From Coniocarpon cinnabarinum (lineage: Eukaryota), in NCBI GenBank assembly GCA_051942205.1, contig JAVECO010000064.1:1-64000 (forward strand): 64,000 nucleotides of DNA, written 5' to 3'. Below the pieces are notes generated by a model. It saw only the letters and a program-made list of their open reading frames with translations. It had not been told where the DNA came from and searched no databases. Positions within the stretch are counted from its first letter, which is position 1. The number at the start of each line of letters is the position of its first letter. Of the stretch, positions 1 to 11,949 are shown in pieces. A program made the translations under genes and the position numbers.

Positions 1-96
1 GTGGAGAAGGAACATGGGGGCGAGGGCGGGACGGTGAGGTATATTAGTGATCCGCTTATGCTTAGAGGCATCGTCGATCAAGGTATTGACCTGTAG
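1..96 (+). CDS. Possible 3' end of an unidentified CDS cut by the window edge
   Basis: Frame 1 is open from base 1 to TAG at 94-96 (VEKEHGGEGGTVRYISDPLMLRGIVDQGIDL*) and converges on ABD1. The family is not recognised. Confidence 0.3.
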   Translation: MEKEHGGEGGTVRYISDPLMLRGIVDQGIDL

Positions 97-385
97 GTCG
101 GTATCCGTTCGTGAGACCGACTTGGCTTGACGAACCACGAACGTGACTTGTACGAATACTGGAGTGGAGATGCGGAGGGCCGCAATCTCGAAGCACGAAG
201 TCATGGATGGGTCATGTGCGGTCTAATAGAGAAGGCTTCGGTGGGGCGATCATCCTTAACGTACACCTCTATATACGAGATCTGACTCGCTCATGTAATG
301 CGTCCTGCGCCCTTATGCACTAGTCCTCCTTCAACTGACTACGGTCCAATGTGAAGGCCGCAGCTCATGCAACCCAAAGTCCATC

Positions 386-2170
386 TCACGTCTTGTAGAA
401 GCAGAATGCGCTATAGAACCTTGCCGCCTCCATCTCCGCCTCACCCATAGTCCGACTACCCCTCTCGTCCTTGACCGACATTCTCACAGCCATTGGCCCA
501 CAAATGTCGTCCTCGCACTCTTCTTCCCATACCTGCTCAAAGGTTCTTAGATACCTCAGCTCCAGGTCAAAGTCGCTGGCCATGCTGCGGAACGCCTCCC
601 AGGGCACCACGAACTCAGGCACGGATCCCACTGCTTCTTCCAGCCTGTAGATGTATTTCCAACCGAAGGGCTTGGGGCGGAAGAGATATCGGGGTGATGA
701 AGGTGGCGTCACGAATTCCACGCTGTAGAGGTCGTTCTTCCACATGATTGTGCGGGGTTCTGAGGGAGACTTCGGTTGTGGGAGGGAAGAGTTGGAGTGC
801 TGAGAGTGTGGAGTGAGATGGCCATTGTAGGGTGGTGACGGTGCCGGAAGGCCATTGGGCGTGTTATCACCGGAGGCGATGCTGTTCTGTTCATCGATGG
901 TGGGCAGTGTGTCGACCATTTTCTCAGGATCCCAAGAGTAGTAGTCATCACCATCAGCAGCGTTCTCATCGATTTCGCCGTCTTCGCGCGGCGGGGGCTT
1001 GGGCGTCTCCTCGCGACCCTCTTCTTCCCGCTTGCGTTTTTTCCAATTTTCTTTCAGCTTCGCTTGGATGACGTCGGAGTTGGGGATCACGCCGAGGAAG
1101 CGACCGCCCTTTTTGAGGGCGCCGGCGACATTGCGCAACATCATTTTGGCTTGTCGCTCTGACTCGAAGGCGTAGTGGAGACTGAACATCATGCTGACGA
1201 CATCGAAGCCGCCGCCGCTGCTGGGCATGTTCATGCTTTGGCCGGGGTTGGGGTCAATGCCGACTTGCCGTACGGTTTGCACGTCGCCAACCCATTCGTG
1301 GAAGCAGTCTCGGTTGATGAAATGGGCGTTGAATACTGGTCTGCCCCTTCGTTGCTTGCGCAGCATCTCGTCGTAGCGTTCTCGAGCGTTGCGGATGCTC
1401 ACATCTGCGGGATCTAGTCCAATGTAGAGATCCACCTGCATAGGGCTCTGATGCCATTTCAGCAAATCACCACCCTTGCCACACCCAATGTCCAGCACGC
1501 GCAAACCCCCACGAGAGGTGTAACCGTGAAGACGACTGCCCGGATGCGGATCTTCCGTTGCTGCAAATCTGTGAATTAGAGTAGCCTTGACCCAATTGTT
1601 AAAGGAGCGGAGTCCCTTGATCATGCTGATTTTGCTCCGGTAGTCGCGACCGTATTCAGGAACAGCATTGTAGGCCTCGCGGACGACATCGACATTGTTG
1701 AATAAGCCCCTGTCGCCATTCTGCGCATCTTTCTCTGCTTGCCTCTCCGCTTGTCTTTCTGCTTGACGCTTCCTCGATGCAGCGGCATCGACCTGACTCA
1801 CTCTTGCGGCCTGGCCCGGGCGCTTGCGCTGGCGTGGCGGCGACCGCGAGGGTGATCTATCAATGCGGGATGACGCATCTTCACGACGGGGAGGTGACCT
1901 GCGAGAGGCTTTCCTTGGTGGTGGCTGGTCACCGGGTGCACGCTTCGCTTTGGTGATTGAGGAAAGAGCGGCCGAAGTCACTGATTTCGGCGCTGAGGCG
2001 GACGAGTTAGTGGTGGAATTGGTCACATCCTTTGCCACGGCAGAGGCTGTAGACGTGGGCGAGGTTCTAGGTTTCTTCGAGACAGAGGTCTCGGGATTCC
2101 GCTTGTCCTCTTGTTCGTTGCTAGCTTTCCGTTTCGTGGGACGAATGTTGCCATCCGTTTGAGCAGGCAT
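386..2170 (-). CDS. ABD1: mRNA cap guanine-N7 methyltransferase
   Basis: Motifs IKGLRSFNNWVK, SAM motif VLDIGCGKGGDLLKW, FDVVSMMFSLHYAFESE, VPEFVVPW and C-terminal FYSAFCFYK. First ATG is at 2170 (MPAQTDG); the ORF track starts upstream at a TTG. Intronless. Confidence 0.95.
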   Translation of the reverse strand: MPAQTDGNIRPTKRKASNEQEDKRNPETSVSKKPRTSPTSTASAVAKDVTNSTTNSSASAPKSVTSAALSSITKAKRAPGDQPPPRKASRRSPPRREDASSRIDRSPSRSPPRQRKRPGQAARVSQVDAAASRKRQAERQAERQAEKDAQNGDRGLFNNVDVVREAYNAVPEYGRDYRSKISMIKGLRSFNNWVKATLIHRFAATEDPHPGSRLHGYTSRGGLRVLDIGCGKGGDLLKWHQSPMQVDLYIGLDPADVSIRNARERYDEMLRKQRRGRPVFNAHFINRDCFHEWVGDVQTVRQVGIDPNPGQSMNMPSSGGGFDVVSMMFSLHYAFESERQAKMMLRNVAGALKKGGRFLGVIPNSDVIQAKLKENWKKRKREEEGREETPKPPPREDGEIDENAADGDDYYSWDPEKMVDTLPTIDEQNSIASGDNTPNGLPAPSPPYNGHLTPHSQHSNSSLPQPKSPSEPRTIMWKNDLYSVEFVTPPSSPRYLFRPKPFGWKYIYRLEEAVGSVPEFVVPWEAFRSMASDFDLELRYLRTFEQVWEEECEDDICGPMAVRMSVKDERGSRTMGEAEMEAARFYSAFCFYKT

Positions 2171-2636
2171 GACTTCTTGCCTCGAAGCCGCGCAGGAGAT
2201 TTGAACGCTGCTTTGTGGCAAAAGAAAAACACTGCGGTCCTCCAAATAACCTGCAAGGAGGTAGAAACAATGGCAGAGGGTGCTGTCGCTCTATGAAAGG
2301 AGGGAGCGGGCAAGGCGAAGCGCTGGCATGCTCTGACAATCTTTATTTCCCCATTGCTGCGCGAATTTCTGTCGATAAGTGAAGTGCGAATTTTGCGAGA
2401 TCGTTTGTACGTGTGAGTTATTGAATATGAAAGGTCGCGAGCGTGTGCTGTGAGGTGATTGGAATGACGTTGGTTGCGTATTGAGAGTGCTGAATGGTGC
2501 GCCACACCTCGACTCGCGCACCAGCCACACTTTGGCTTATCCAGTCCTCACCTCAAACTGTTGGAAACCACCTCATCTTCTTCTGTCTGCAACACAGTAC
2601 ACTCGGTACACTAATACAGACTTCGGACACACAACA

Positions 2637-4158
2637 ATGGGGGATCCTCAGTTCTTCAAGTATCCCGTGTTATCCCTCTCGCAACATGTCTTCACTGTCA
2701 CCAATCCTTACGCCTCCAAAGCCGCACAGGATGCCTCGTTACAGTCTCTCAAGAATGCCATCAGTGAGCACAAGATGGCTCCTTTGTACAAGCACCTTGC
2801 ACATCCAGCTTCTGGAATTCTGAACTCTCCCGGAGAAGGTTCTGCTCAGCAACCACCCCGACTGAGGCGTGGCTCTTCTGCTGCATCTCCCATGATAGCG
2901 ACCAAGAAGCCTGCAGCGAAGGTGGATTTGCCTTGGGATGAGAAGCACTATGACGAACTCATAGCGGAGAACAAGAAGGAGCTGGAAGCCATTCAGAAAG
3001 AGGAGACCGATGCAGAAGAGAAAGCAGGAGACTCAGAGATACAGGCAGCACGGGCGAAGCGGGCGGAGTTCTATGCAAGAGTATGCGACAAGGACGCGGC
3101 GCTTGATTCATTCGAGAAGCTCTTCGACAAGACGGGCATTCTTGGAACGAAGATCGACATTGTCTTTGCGATCATCCGCATAGGCATGTTCTTCGGGGAC
3201 AAAATATTAGTCAAGAAGAATGTTGCGCGCGCCAACTCTTTGGTGGAGTCTGGAGGTGACTGGGATCGCAGAAATCGTCTAAAGGCATATCAGGGTCTGC
3301 ATCTCATTACTGTTCGCTCATATAACCTTGCAGCCCCACTGTTACTAGACAGCTTGTCGACGTTCACCAGTTACGAACTGTGCAGCTATTCGAATTTGAT
3401 AGTGTACGCATTGCTAACGGGAACGGTCTCCTTGAAAAGGGTGGATTTCAAAACAAAGGTCGTGGATGCGCCCGAGATCAAAGCGGTGGTAGGCAGTTCG
3501 GACGACAGACTTGCAGCATTGACTGGCGCTGCTTCGGCCGGCCCTGGCGCAGGGGATGAGGAGATGAAAGATGCGGGGGACACGTCAAGCACGCCGGCAC
3601 CGGCTGCCGTAAATCTGACCACATTGGCTCAAGGGGGTTCGATTGACATTGAGGAGGGGAACGAAGTGGTCGACTTTAAACCGCTGGCAAACCTAGTCAG
3701 CAGTCTTTACAACGGTGATTACAAAGGCTTCTTCACGGCTCTGAGCAGAGTCGAGCAAGAATTCTTGAGTCAAGATCGGTACATGGCGGAGCATAAAGCG
3801 TGGTACGTACGCGAGATGCGTCTGCGGGCATACCAGCAGCTTCTGCAAAGTTATCGAGTGGTGGACATGCAAAATATGGCTCGAGACTTTGGCGTCACTG
3901 TGGACTTTTTAGACAGGTGAGTACTTACCCTCCACTCGCCGCCGCGGCATTGCTGACTGTTGCAGCGACCTCAAGGGTTTTATTGCAGCAGACCGTATCT
4001 CATGTACGGTAGATCGAGTCCATGGCGTTATTGAAACCAACAGGCCAGATGACAAGAACAAGCAGTACAATGATGTCGTCAAACAAGGCGACCAGCTTAT
4101 CACGAAGCTGCAAAAATACGGTCAAGCAGTCCGTCTTCGCGGTAGCGAGAGGGCCTAA
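2637..4158 (+). CDS. RPN7: 26S proteasome lid subunit Rpn7 (PCI domain)
   Basis: MGDPQFFKYP start; GGDWDRRNRLKAYQG; YVREMRLRAYQQLLQSY. Intron 3917-3965 (GTGAGT...GCTGAC...GCAG). Exon 2 gives IETNRPDDKNKQYNDVVKQGDQLITKLQKYG, with TAA at 4156-4158. Confidence 0.96.
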
Positions 4159-4497
4159 GCCACTATTCAATTACCGTGGCAGTCCTCATCGGCACAGCAT
4201 CAAGCGGGAAAGCGTATGGTCAAGCAGACTCAGAGGCGTTTCCCTTCCGACAGGGCATCACGCTGGCTTGAAGGTCAACTACAACGCTGCTTGCAAGCAA
4301 AAAAGACCCGGCGCTCTTTCCTGGTGCGCTTTCGCTCCTCAACATTTGCTTCAGTCTGAGCTTTTCCGCGCTTTGATGAAGAAAGAGAATTGTATGATAC
4401 TTAGCTATAGAGCATGGAAAAGTGACAAAGCGAATGAAAAGGTGAAAGATGCCATCGGAATTTTGAAAAGTCGCGTATGTACAAATACATTGCAAGT

Positions 4498-5498
4498 CTA
4501 TTTCTTTTGCGCCTCCTCTTTCGGAGGCTCGGGTTTTGGTGTAGGAAGCTTGAAAGACTCAGGCTTAGTATCCTTACCAGGCCCAACCTGCTCCCATGCC
4601 GCTGTTCCACCCTACAGACACATTAGCTGACGCCACATCAGTGCTCAGTGCATCGCTTACCTCGAAATTTCTGAACGCTTGCGTAAGTTCTAAGGGCTCG
4701 ACAACGATGCGCTTCTTCTCTTCATCGAATCGAATTTCGGTGTATCCTGTGAGAGGGAAGTCTTTCCTTAACGGATGTCCATCGAAGCCATAGTCTGTCA
4801 TTATACGTCTCAAGTCCGGATGTCCAATAAAAAATACGCCAAACAAATCATACACTTCGCGTTCATACCAATTTGCACCATCGTACAAATCGCAGATGCT
4901 CGGTACGGGACTCTGCTCATCTGTGTATGTCTTGACCCGGATGCGCGAGTTGTGCCGTACACTCAGTAGATTGTAGACGACTTCGAACCGCGCATCTCTT
5001 GTGGGGTAATCGACCGCTGTAATATCTGAGACTTGAGTGAACTCCGCCGCAGTGTGGTTCTTGAGAAACGTGAAAACTGGGATGACACCAGATGGAGGAA
5101 TGTAAATCGTCAATTCATCTTTCCATACTGAGAATTGTTGAATGTATTTTGGGAGACACGAAAGCAGGTATTGACCGTATGTATGAAGTGAGTCGGCTTT
5201 TGGAGAGTACTTGTCGTTTGGATTGACGATTGGGGCTTTCAGAGGGCCAACAGGTTCACGACGTAACTGGCGAGGGTCTTGGAAAGCAGATGCATCAGTC
5301 TTTCCGTACCTGATAGTGCATGAGATTAGTACAAACTGTCCAATGCGGACCTGTACAATTGACAAACCAGTCTTGATTGACGCAGCGAGCTGCGGATGTG
5401 GCAAAACATTGCGCTCTCACTGAATTGAGGTTTCGGGAACCAGACAACGCGCGCGAACCGAGCTTTAAAAGCGATGAGCCTTCCTTGCCTGTGCCCAT
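4498..5498 (-). CDS. NDUFS3: NADH:ubiquinone oxidoreductase 30 kDa subunit (NDUFS3/NuoC family), mitochondrial precursor
   Basis: [44 protein letters not shown] signature. One intron after CVNQDW (GTTTGT...ACTAAT...TCAG) and one at 4612-4660. Ends ...[12 protein letters not shown]. Basic, presequence-like N-terminus. Confidence 0.95.
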
Positions 5499-5583
5499 CG
5501 TGCTGGAGGACCTCGAGCCAGAAGGTGACAGTCAATGAGGTCAACAGAGCTTAGATGGAACCTAGCGTGCTAGCATGGAGGAT

Positions 5584-5597
5584 CTAACCCTAACCCT
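5584..5597. promoter_or_regulatory. Telomere-like CTAACCCTAACCCT motif in the ~370-bp divergent promoter of NDUFS3/NOT4
   Basis: Two tandem TAACCC units are seen directly. A role as a Tbf1/Myb-type site is inference. Confidence 0.35.
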
Positions 5598-5868
5598 GGC
5601 ATCAATCATCAGAAGGACCTAGCCTACCTATTCACCTTTCTACCTCCATCGATCCTTCAATCCAAACCCCCTTCGGAACGACCACCACCTTCCGTGCACC
5701 TTCGCTATTCCTCCTGCCAGTCCTCTGCTTGAGGAAATATTCTCCCCCTGAAAGAGATGCTGGGACAGTGTCAATACTAAGAACCCTCATCATTGCTATC
5801 GACGACTTTATGTCCATCACATTGTCGCCGCCACACTTGATTTCCAACATCCCACGCGTTCGCCCAAC

Positions 5869-8376
5869 ATGTCTCGCCCACAGCCGGATCAAGTCATCGA
5901 CGACGATGAAGCCGAGTCATGTCCGCTTTGCATCGAAGAGCTCGATCTTTCAGACCGCAACTTCTATCCCTGCCTTTGCGGATATCAAGTATGGCAGCGT
6001 TCCCCGCGTGTTGAGCGATACACAACTAGAGCTTACATGTGACAGATATGTCAGTTCTGTTACAACAATATCAAGACCACGATGAATGGACTGTGTCCTG
6101 CCTGCCGACGACGATATGATGACGCAAACATTGTCTTCAAAAAGCCAACAGAAGAACAGTGAGTCGAGACTTGTTCGCCTAGAATGGCTCGAATGTTGAC
6201 CGCGATTTAGACTTGCATCACATCGCGAATCTGTGGCGCAGCAGCAGAAAAAGAAAGCGGCGGCACGTCAGAAAGAAGCTGCTAAGCGTGAGGCCGACAC
6301 TTTGAACCGCAAACATCTTGCCGGCATACGAGTCAGACAGAAGAATCTCGTCTACATTACTGGTATGAAGCCTGCAACTACGGGGGAAAATCTGTCAGAA
6401 GTGTTACGACGGGATGAATACTTTGGTCAATACGGCAAGATCATTAAGGTTGTTGTCAGCAAGACCAAAGACTCTGCCAACCCAAATGCGCCGGTGGGTG
6501 TTTACGTAACATTCGAATCGCAAGAGGCAGCTGCGAGGTGCATCCAATGTGTTGATGGATCACAAAACTATGACAGTCGATTACGGTAAGACAGAGGAAG
6601 CGGTTCATTGGCTTGCGGTAAGCGTGGCTGACTTGGACTAGCGCTCAATACGGCACTACCAAATATTGTTCAGCCTACTTGCGCGGTGAAACATGTGGCA
6701 ACAAGGGCTGCATGTTTCTTCACGAACCTGGCGATGAAAACGAAAGCTTCAGCCGACAAGACTTGTCTTCAATGAACGTCGCATCTACGCAATCACCAAC
6801 TCAGACATCCTCGATTCCTCAAGCACCACAAACGCAACCGCCTCCGCAGGCACCTCAGGCCATTGCAGCTGCTACTCACGCAAGTGAAGATCGCAGGGGC
6901 AGTCGGGACGACGGCAGGTCTCCATCGGTACATTCAGAGGGACCAGCGCTTCCTTCTTCCGCAAGCTGGGGAAATAGACGTGCTCCAAGCCGGCAGGCTA
7001 GTCAGCATCAGAATATTGAGACTCCTAGTCCTTTGGTCACCACTGCCACCCCCGCTCCTGCACATCCAGTCACAGTTCCTGAAGATTCTGAGCCTCACAA
7101 GGATCTGCCACCAACGCCTGAGCAACCGATACGACCGGAAAATGAAGTTATGACCAAGCCTTCAAAGCCACGAAAGCAACGCTCTATGCTGTCCATGTAC
7201 CGTCAGAACATTGCTGACACAGATTTCCAATTCCAGTTCGACGAAGAATCATTGAATGCCGATCAGAAGCAATTTTTCATGTCCATGCCACTGTGGTGTG
7301 ACCCGACAGGGGGTTTACGTCGGCGGCTGGGTCGCAAAGACATCAGTGAGCAGGACATGCGAGAAAATGACAGTCAAGTTGCATCACAAGCTCTTTCTGC
7401 CATCGCTGCTGCAGACCCAGATGAGGGCGCCGTTGCAGGCAGCTTACAACTTGGAGGTGAACCTGATGATCAAGGCGCAGACTTGAGACAACGTGGAAAC
7501 GCTGTTCAGCCTCCGGCATTGGACAATGTTTCAAGTCCTGTCTTTGGTATGGAGTCGACCATCTCACCGACTGCTGCAACTACCAATCCTTCTCTCAATT
7601 CGCAGCAACGCCAGCTTCTTTTGCAACAATTTAAGTCGAGCAGTCCCCATCCAAACAGCGGACAAGGCTCCGGTCACGGCCGACAGGCCTCTCGGTATTC
7701 TTTCGCTAATGATTCTTCAGCGTCAGCAAATGTCAATCCTGTTGCAAATCCTAAGTTGATGACGCAACAAAAGAACATGATGCCACCTTCTCAATATCAG
7801 CAGCCACAGTCGGCCACCAGTCAATACTTTCCCAGTGGTGTGCAAGGTCCACCTCCGGGTCTGAAGACCACCGGCACGCCGCCAGTCAGTGGGGGTGGCA
7901 TGTTCGGTCAGGGACACGGCTTTGCAACTGCGGGGCTACGCTACGGCATGAATGCAACAGGGCGTAGTACTGAGGACGAGATGATGCGTGAATTGATGCG
8001 AAACCGTGGAGGCAGTGCTGGCAGTGTTCCTGGATCGGAAACTGGTCGACGTGAGTTCCTATTCCCATCCCTATCACAATCATCCACACCTGCTTCTCAC
8101 CACTCTGGCCTCTTGAGCTTCCCATACGGGTCTCCGTCTGGTGCATTCCAGGACCATGGCCCGCCAAAGCAAAAGAAAAAGGGGAAGAGGCACAGACATG
8201 CTAACACTTCCTCCTCTGGGGGTGGTGTAGTTGATCTTGCGGACCCAAGTATCTTACAAGCAAGAATGCACCAGACAGCCGCTGCTGGCAATCAAGGTCT
8301 CTACAGCGCTCAAGGCCAGGGTTCAGGTGGGTTCAACTCTATCTACGGCAATGGCTTCGGCGGACGAGCATGGTGA
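5869..8376 (+). CDS. NOT4: CCR4-NOT E3 ubiquitin ligase Not4 (RING + RRM + C3H1), short isoform
   Basis: ATG 5869. RING CPLCIEELDLSDRNFYPCLCGYQ/ICQFCYNNIK...CPACRR across an intron; RRM LAGIRVRQKNLVYITG...YFGQYGKIIK; GTTKYCSAYLRGETCGNKGCMFLHEPG. Three 5' introns near 5989-6045, 6159-6210 and 6586-6641. Ends GGFNSIYGNGFGGRAW*. Confidence 0.93.
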
Positions 8377-8980
8377 TATGTTCATTGTGTACGACATCAG
8401 CATTTTCCAAAATCATGACGACGCGAGCATTTTCGGTTTGATTAGCTACGTTCTTGCATCGGCGCTAGGAGTTCATCATATGAAGTATCAAGACATGACC
8501 AAGTGAATTCAACGACATCCGTAGTGTCGTAAAAGCAGGCATACATCGAGACGAATGGACTCGAAAATTTGTCCAGAGTCGTGTTGCGGAGTTGGCATGG
8601 CGCTGGGGGAGTCAAACCTTTTTCAAACCTCGACGCAGTCTCATCGTCTTCGTCATGGCTATGAATATGTACGTTACGGACACTTCCAGCTTGCTGTAGA
8701 CGCTGGTTCAATTAACTTAATTTGATACCATAGACTACCTGTTCGGTATTCCATCTTTTGAGTGTAGGCCTTGACGAAGACACAAGACAATCAACGAGGC
8801 TATGATGACTCCCCCCGACGTACGAGCCTGCCATTCCAGCGCGATACATGTATACTTGACCGCTGTTGCATTGCTGTCGTCACCAGCTCGTCCGCCGCCG
8901 CCCGCCATGCCAGTTAGAACATCCTTCATAGCATCGTTTTATCTGCTGCCCGTACATTAGCTAACATATCCATTCTCCAG

Positions 8981-11949
8981 GTACTTCTTTAGGTTCGCCT
9001 CAGCGGCGATCAAGCTTCTCGCCATTCTCTCAGCGAGACTTCTACCCTTACCAACAGGCAGAAGCATCAACAGCAGCCGACAAACCCCTTGAAAAATCAA
9101 CGCCACCCGCGCCTCCGGGCCTTGCATTCCCGACGTCCCGTTCCAGACAGCAGCATAGTCTCTTGAATGATGCAGAGCATTTAATGCCTGAGCTGGGTCG
9201 AATATCGAGTGCGCGCATAGACGAGAAGCCAGCTGCAACCAATGCCGCTCGTAGCGAGCCAAACTTGCGTCCAGCGAATCGTGGCAAAGAAACAACTGTG
9301 GCGCCGACCACTGATGAAGCTGCGTTTCCAGCATTGCCCAAACCAACTCGCCCTCCACCCAGTGTAAACACTGCATCTTTAAAGGAACCAAATGTGCGCG
9401 TCGCGACAAAGCCCCACGAAGAAGGCGCTCAGCCAGGCGCTCAACCAGGTGCTCGTTCAGAAAATGCAACGACTGCGAAATTTGTGGCTTCCAGTGTCCC
9501 GGTGAAGCCCGGTAATGATACCTCGAATGCTAGTAGCCTCGTGAAGATGCGTGAAGCTGGCGGCTCAAACCAGCCAGCCATGTCGTCTGAGCAAGCACAG
9601 CAGCAGCCGGAAGTGCAGAAAGTAACCGGAGTGCCACAGGTGACACCTGCAAGTAAGCAGCGCCAGCATCCTGGAAAGCTGGACATCTCTGCAGCTCAAG
9701 AATTTGCCCCAACTAGTGGACCAGTTCAACGTCAGCATGTGGAGAACATCGAACGAACGGACTCGCCAGCAAGATCTGCAATCGAGCAGTCCTCGGCGAC
9801 ACCCTCCATGAGTTCTCGTTCTGGCACGCCAGGCCCTTCAGAAACCATCTCTCGGCGTTCTGCACAGCCGCGAACACTTCGAGTACTTGCCACACCAACT
9901 CCTAAGACTGAGACTCCCCCACCTTTCTCGACAACTTCGACCACGGCACCGCCTCTACCTGCGGTACCCAAGATTGGTACCAAAAGCACTGCCCATTCAC
10001 GACAGGCAAGCTCCGCCTCTGTTGTCCCCGAGACACCTGCTAGTGAGAAGCAGATTCCAGATAGCGCTTCCGCAACCACGGAATCGCAATCTCGGGCTAG
10101 CTCGCCCCCTCTTACCGCAAACAAAGTCGGGTCTGCGCCCATTCGAGCGAAGACGAAGAATCAGCAGAAGAAGGAGCGAAAGGAACGTATGCAGGACGAG
10201 AGAACAGAGTCAGTTTCCGAGTCTGGCCCTCAGCCTGAAATCGTCCAAGAGCCTATTGTGGGTCGAAAGACAAAGGCGAAAAAGCCAAAGCCAGTACAGC
10301 CTCCGAAACCTCGTCGAAATATTTCAGCGGAGAAGAAGACCTCACAAGAGACCGAGCTTGTTGAAGAGGCGAAGACGGTGGAAGCACAAACCCCGCCCGC
10401 TCCGGTCACCGTAGAGCCTGTCCCTGAGAAGCCACCTCCGCAGCAAGAGGAGCCGAAGCAGCCTGAACCCGAAACGAAGGAGCCTTCGTTGGTGAACAAG
10501 GTTATTGACTCGTTGCAAGCATCTGGAGATATTCCGGCAGACTTTTTGGAGCGAATGTTCAAGTCGACAAACTTCGGCCTGAAGTCCTTTGCTGCTGGTG
10601 ATTTGAAGACTCCGGCACCGATGACACCGTTGACGTCTCAAGAAATGCAGCAATTGAACTCTGGCAGAGCGATTCGTCGCAGCGCGGATAATGCGCAACG
10701 TAGAGAAGGCAAAGAAGTTCCCCTTGCTGACCGAGTACTGATTACACCCTACTCGCGTCTTTGTCTTCGAGGGTTGCCGAAAGATATTGAGGATCGCATG
10801 TTGGAGCTTGACGAGCGTGTGTCTAAGTCGATCCCACCGAAGAAGTACTCGCATCGTCCTACCAGCGACCAGGCTGCCATTGCAGCAAAGCTTGTAGATG
10901 AACTTCTTAGGGCCATGGCACAAGCTATGATGCAGACTGAGACTGTGGACGAAACCCCCGAGACAACCAAGGTCCAACAATCGACACAGGCAAATGACGG
11001 ACGTCCACCTGCATACGCCGATGATGCGCTTGCGTATCTCAATCAGTTCATCCTACCACTGTCATCCTCCCGAGGCGGCAACGGCATCATCCCAACCATG
11101 GACGTGCCCACTCATGGCGCGACCGCAGATGGTCATCCCGCTGGGGATCCCCTGAACATCTCAGCTCCCTACACAAATGAGCAAAGCGACTGGGACTTGC
11201 GTGCTCCTGACTCCGCTGTCTCAGGCTCCTACAACATTAGGGACCTCCCCCATGCAACATCCAGCCTCCGCTCTACTCACGGCGGCACCACCGAGCTCCC
11301 CGTCCTTCCATCCACCACAGCGACTCCATCACGCAAAGCATCATCTACTCAACCGAGCAATCCTTCCCCAAATCTGAACCTCAAACCACTTACGGACCTG
11401 GCTGCCTCGCTTCCTCCCCTTGCAGCAAGCTACGCAGCCAATCTTGACGCCAATTCCGGCCAAGCTGCCCGCGATGCCCTCGCTGCTTCTCTCGGCGCGG
11501 CGTCAAGTACATTGGCATCTGTCGCATCCGATGCTGCAGCCGCCGTGTCGCGCGCTAATAAAGCGGGTGAAAATCCGGGAATGTGGCAAACGCGGGGTCT
11601 GGAGTCGTTGCATCTCGCTGAAAGCATTAAAGACATGCCCAATATGGCGAATTTGCCACAAGACGTTATGAACCTAAGTGCAGAAGCAATCAAACAGGCG
11701 ATTGCAACCGCGGCGCCGCATCTAAATGCTCCCGGTAGTGCTACTGGATCTGGTCGGCGCAGCAGTATGAGTCAGATTCCACGAGGGAGCGTGGGTGGAC
11801 GGAGCAAGGGACGACGAGAGCCGGACGATGCTGCCAAAATTATGGGTGAGCTTGAGGCGGCGCTGGTTGCGTCCCGGAAGGAGCTAGAGAGTGTGGAGAG
11901 GAAGTTGTCTGGGATTGTGAAGAGGAATCGGAGGGCTGTGGGGGTTTAA
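8981..11949 (+). CDS. Large low-complexity exon (~990 aa), probable alternative last exon of the long NOT4 isoform
   Basis: The frame is open from acceptor GCTAAC...CTCCAG (ending 8980) to TAA 11949. Phase 1 matches the donor TCAG|GTGGGT at 8327 in NOT4. Contains PPAPPGL motifs, RAKTKNQQKKERKER, QEPIVGRKTKAKK and a C-terminal coiled coil. Confidence 0.75.

Noticed and set aside
740..1060. Low-complexity insertion in the Abd1 catalytic domain (likewise the Rpn7 insertions)
   Set aside because: In frame, no intein or mobile-element motifs, and such variable loops are common in filamentous-fungal orthologues.
2215..2223. GTGGCAAAA, resembling the Rpn4/PACE element upstream of RPN7
   Set aside because: One mismatch to GGTGGCAAA, about 420 bp from RPN7 and probably inside the ABD1 5'UTR; too weak to call.
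4022..4630. 202-aa plus-strand ORF
   Set aside because: It overlaps RPN7 exon 2 out of frame and the antisense end of the complex I gene, and has no recognisable motif.
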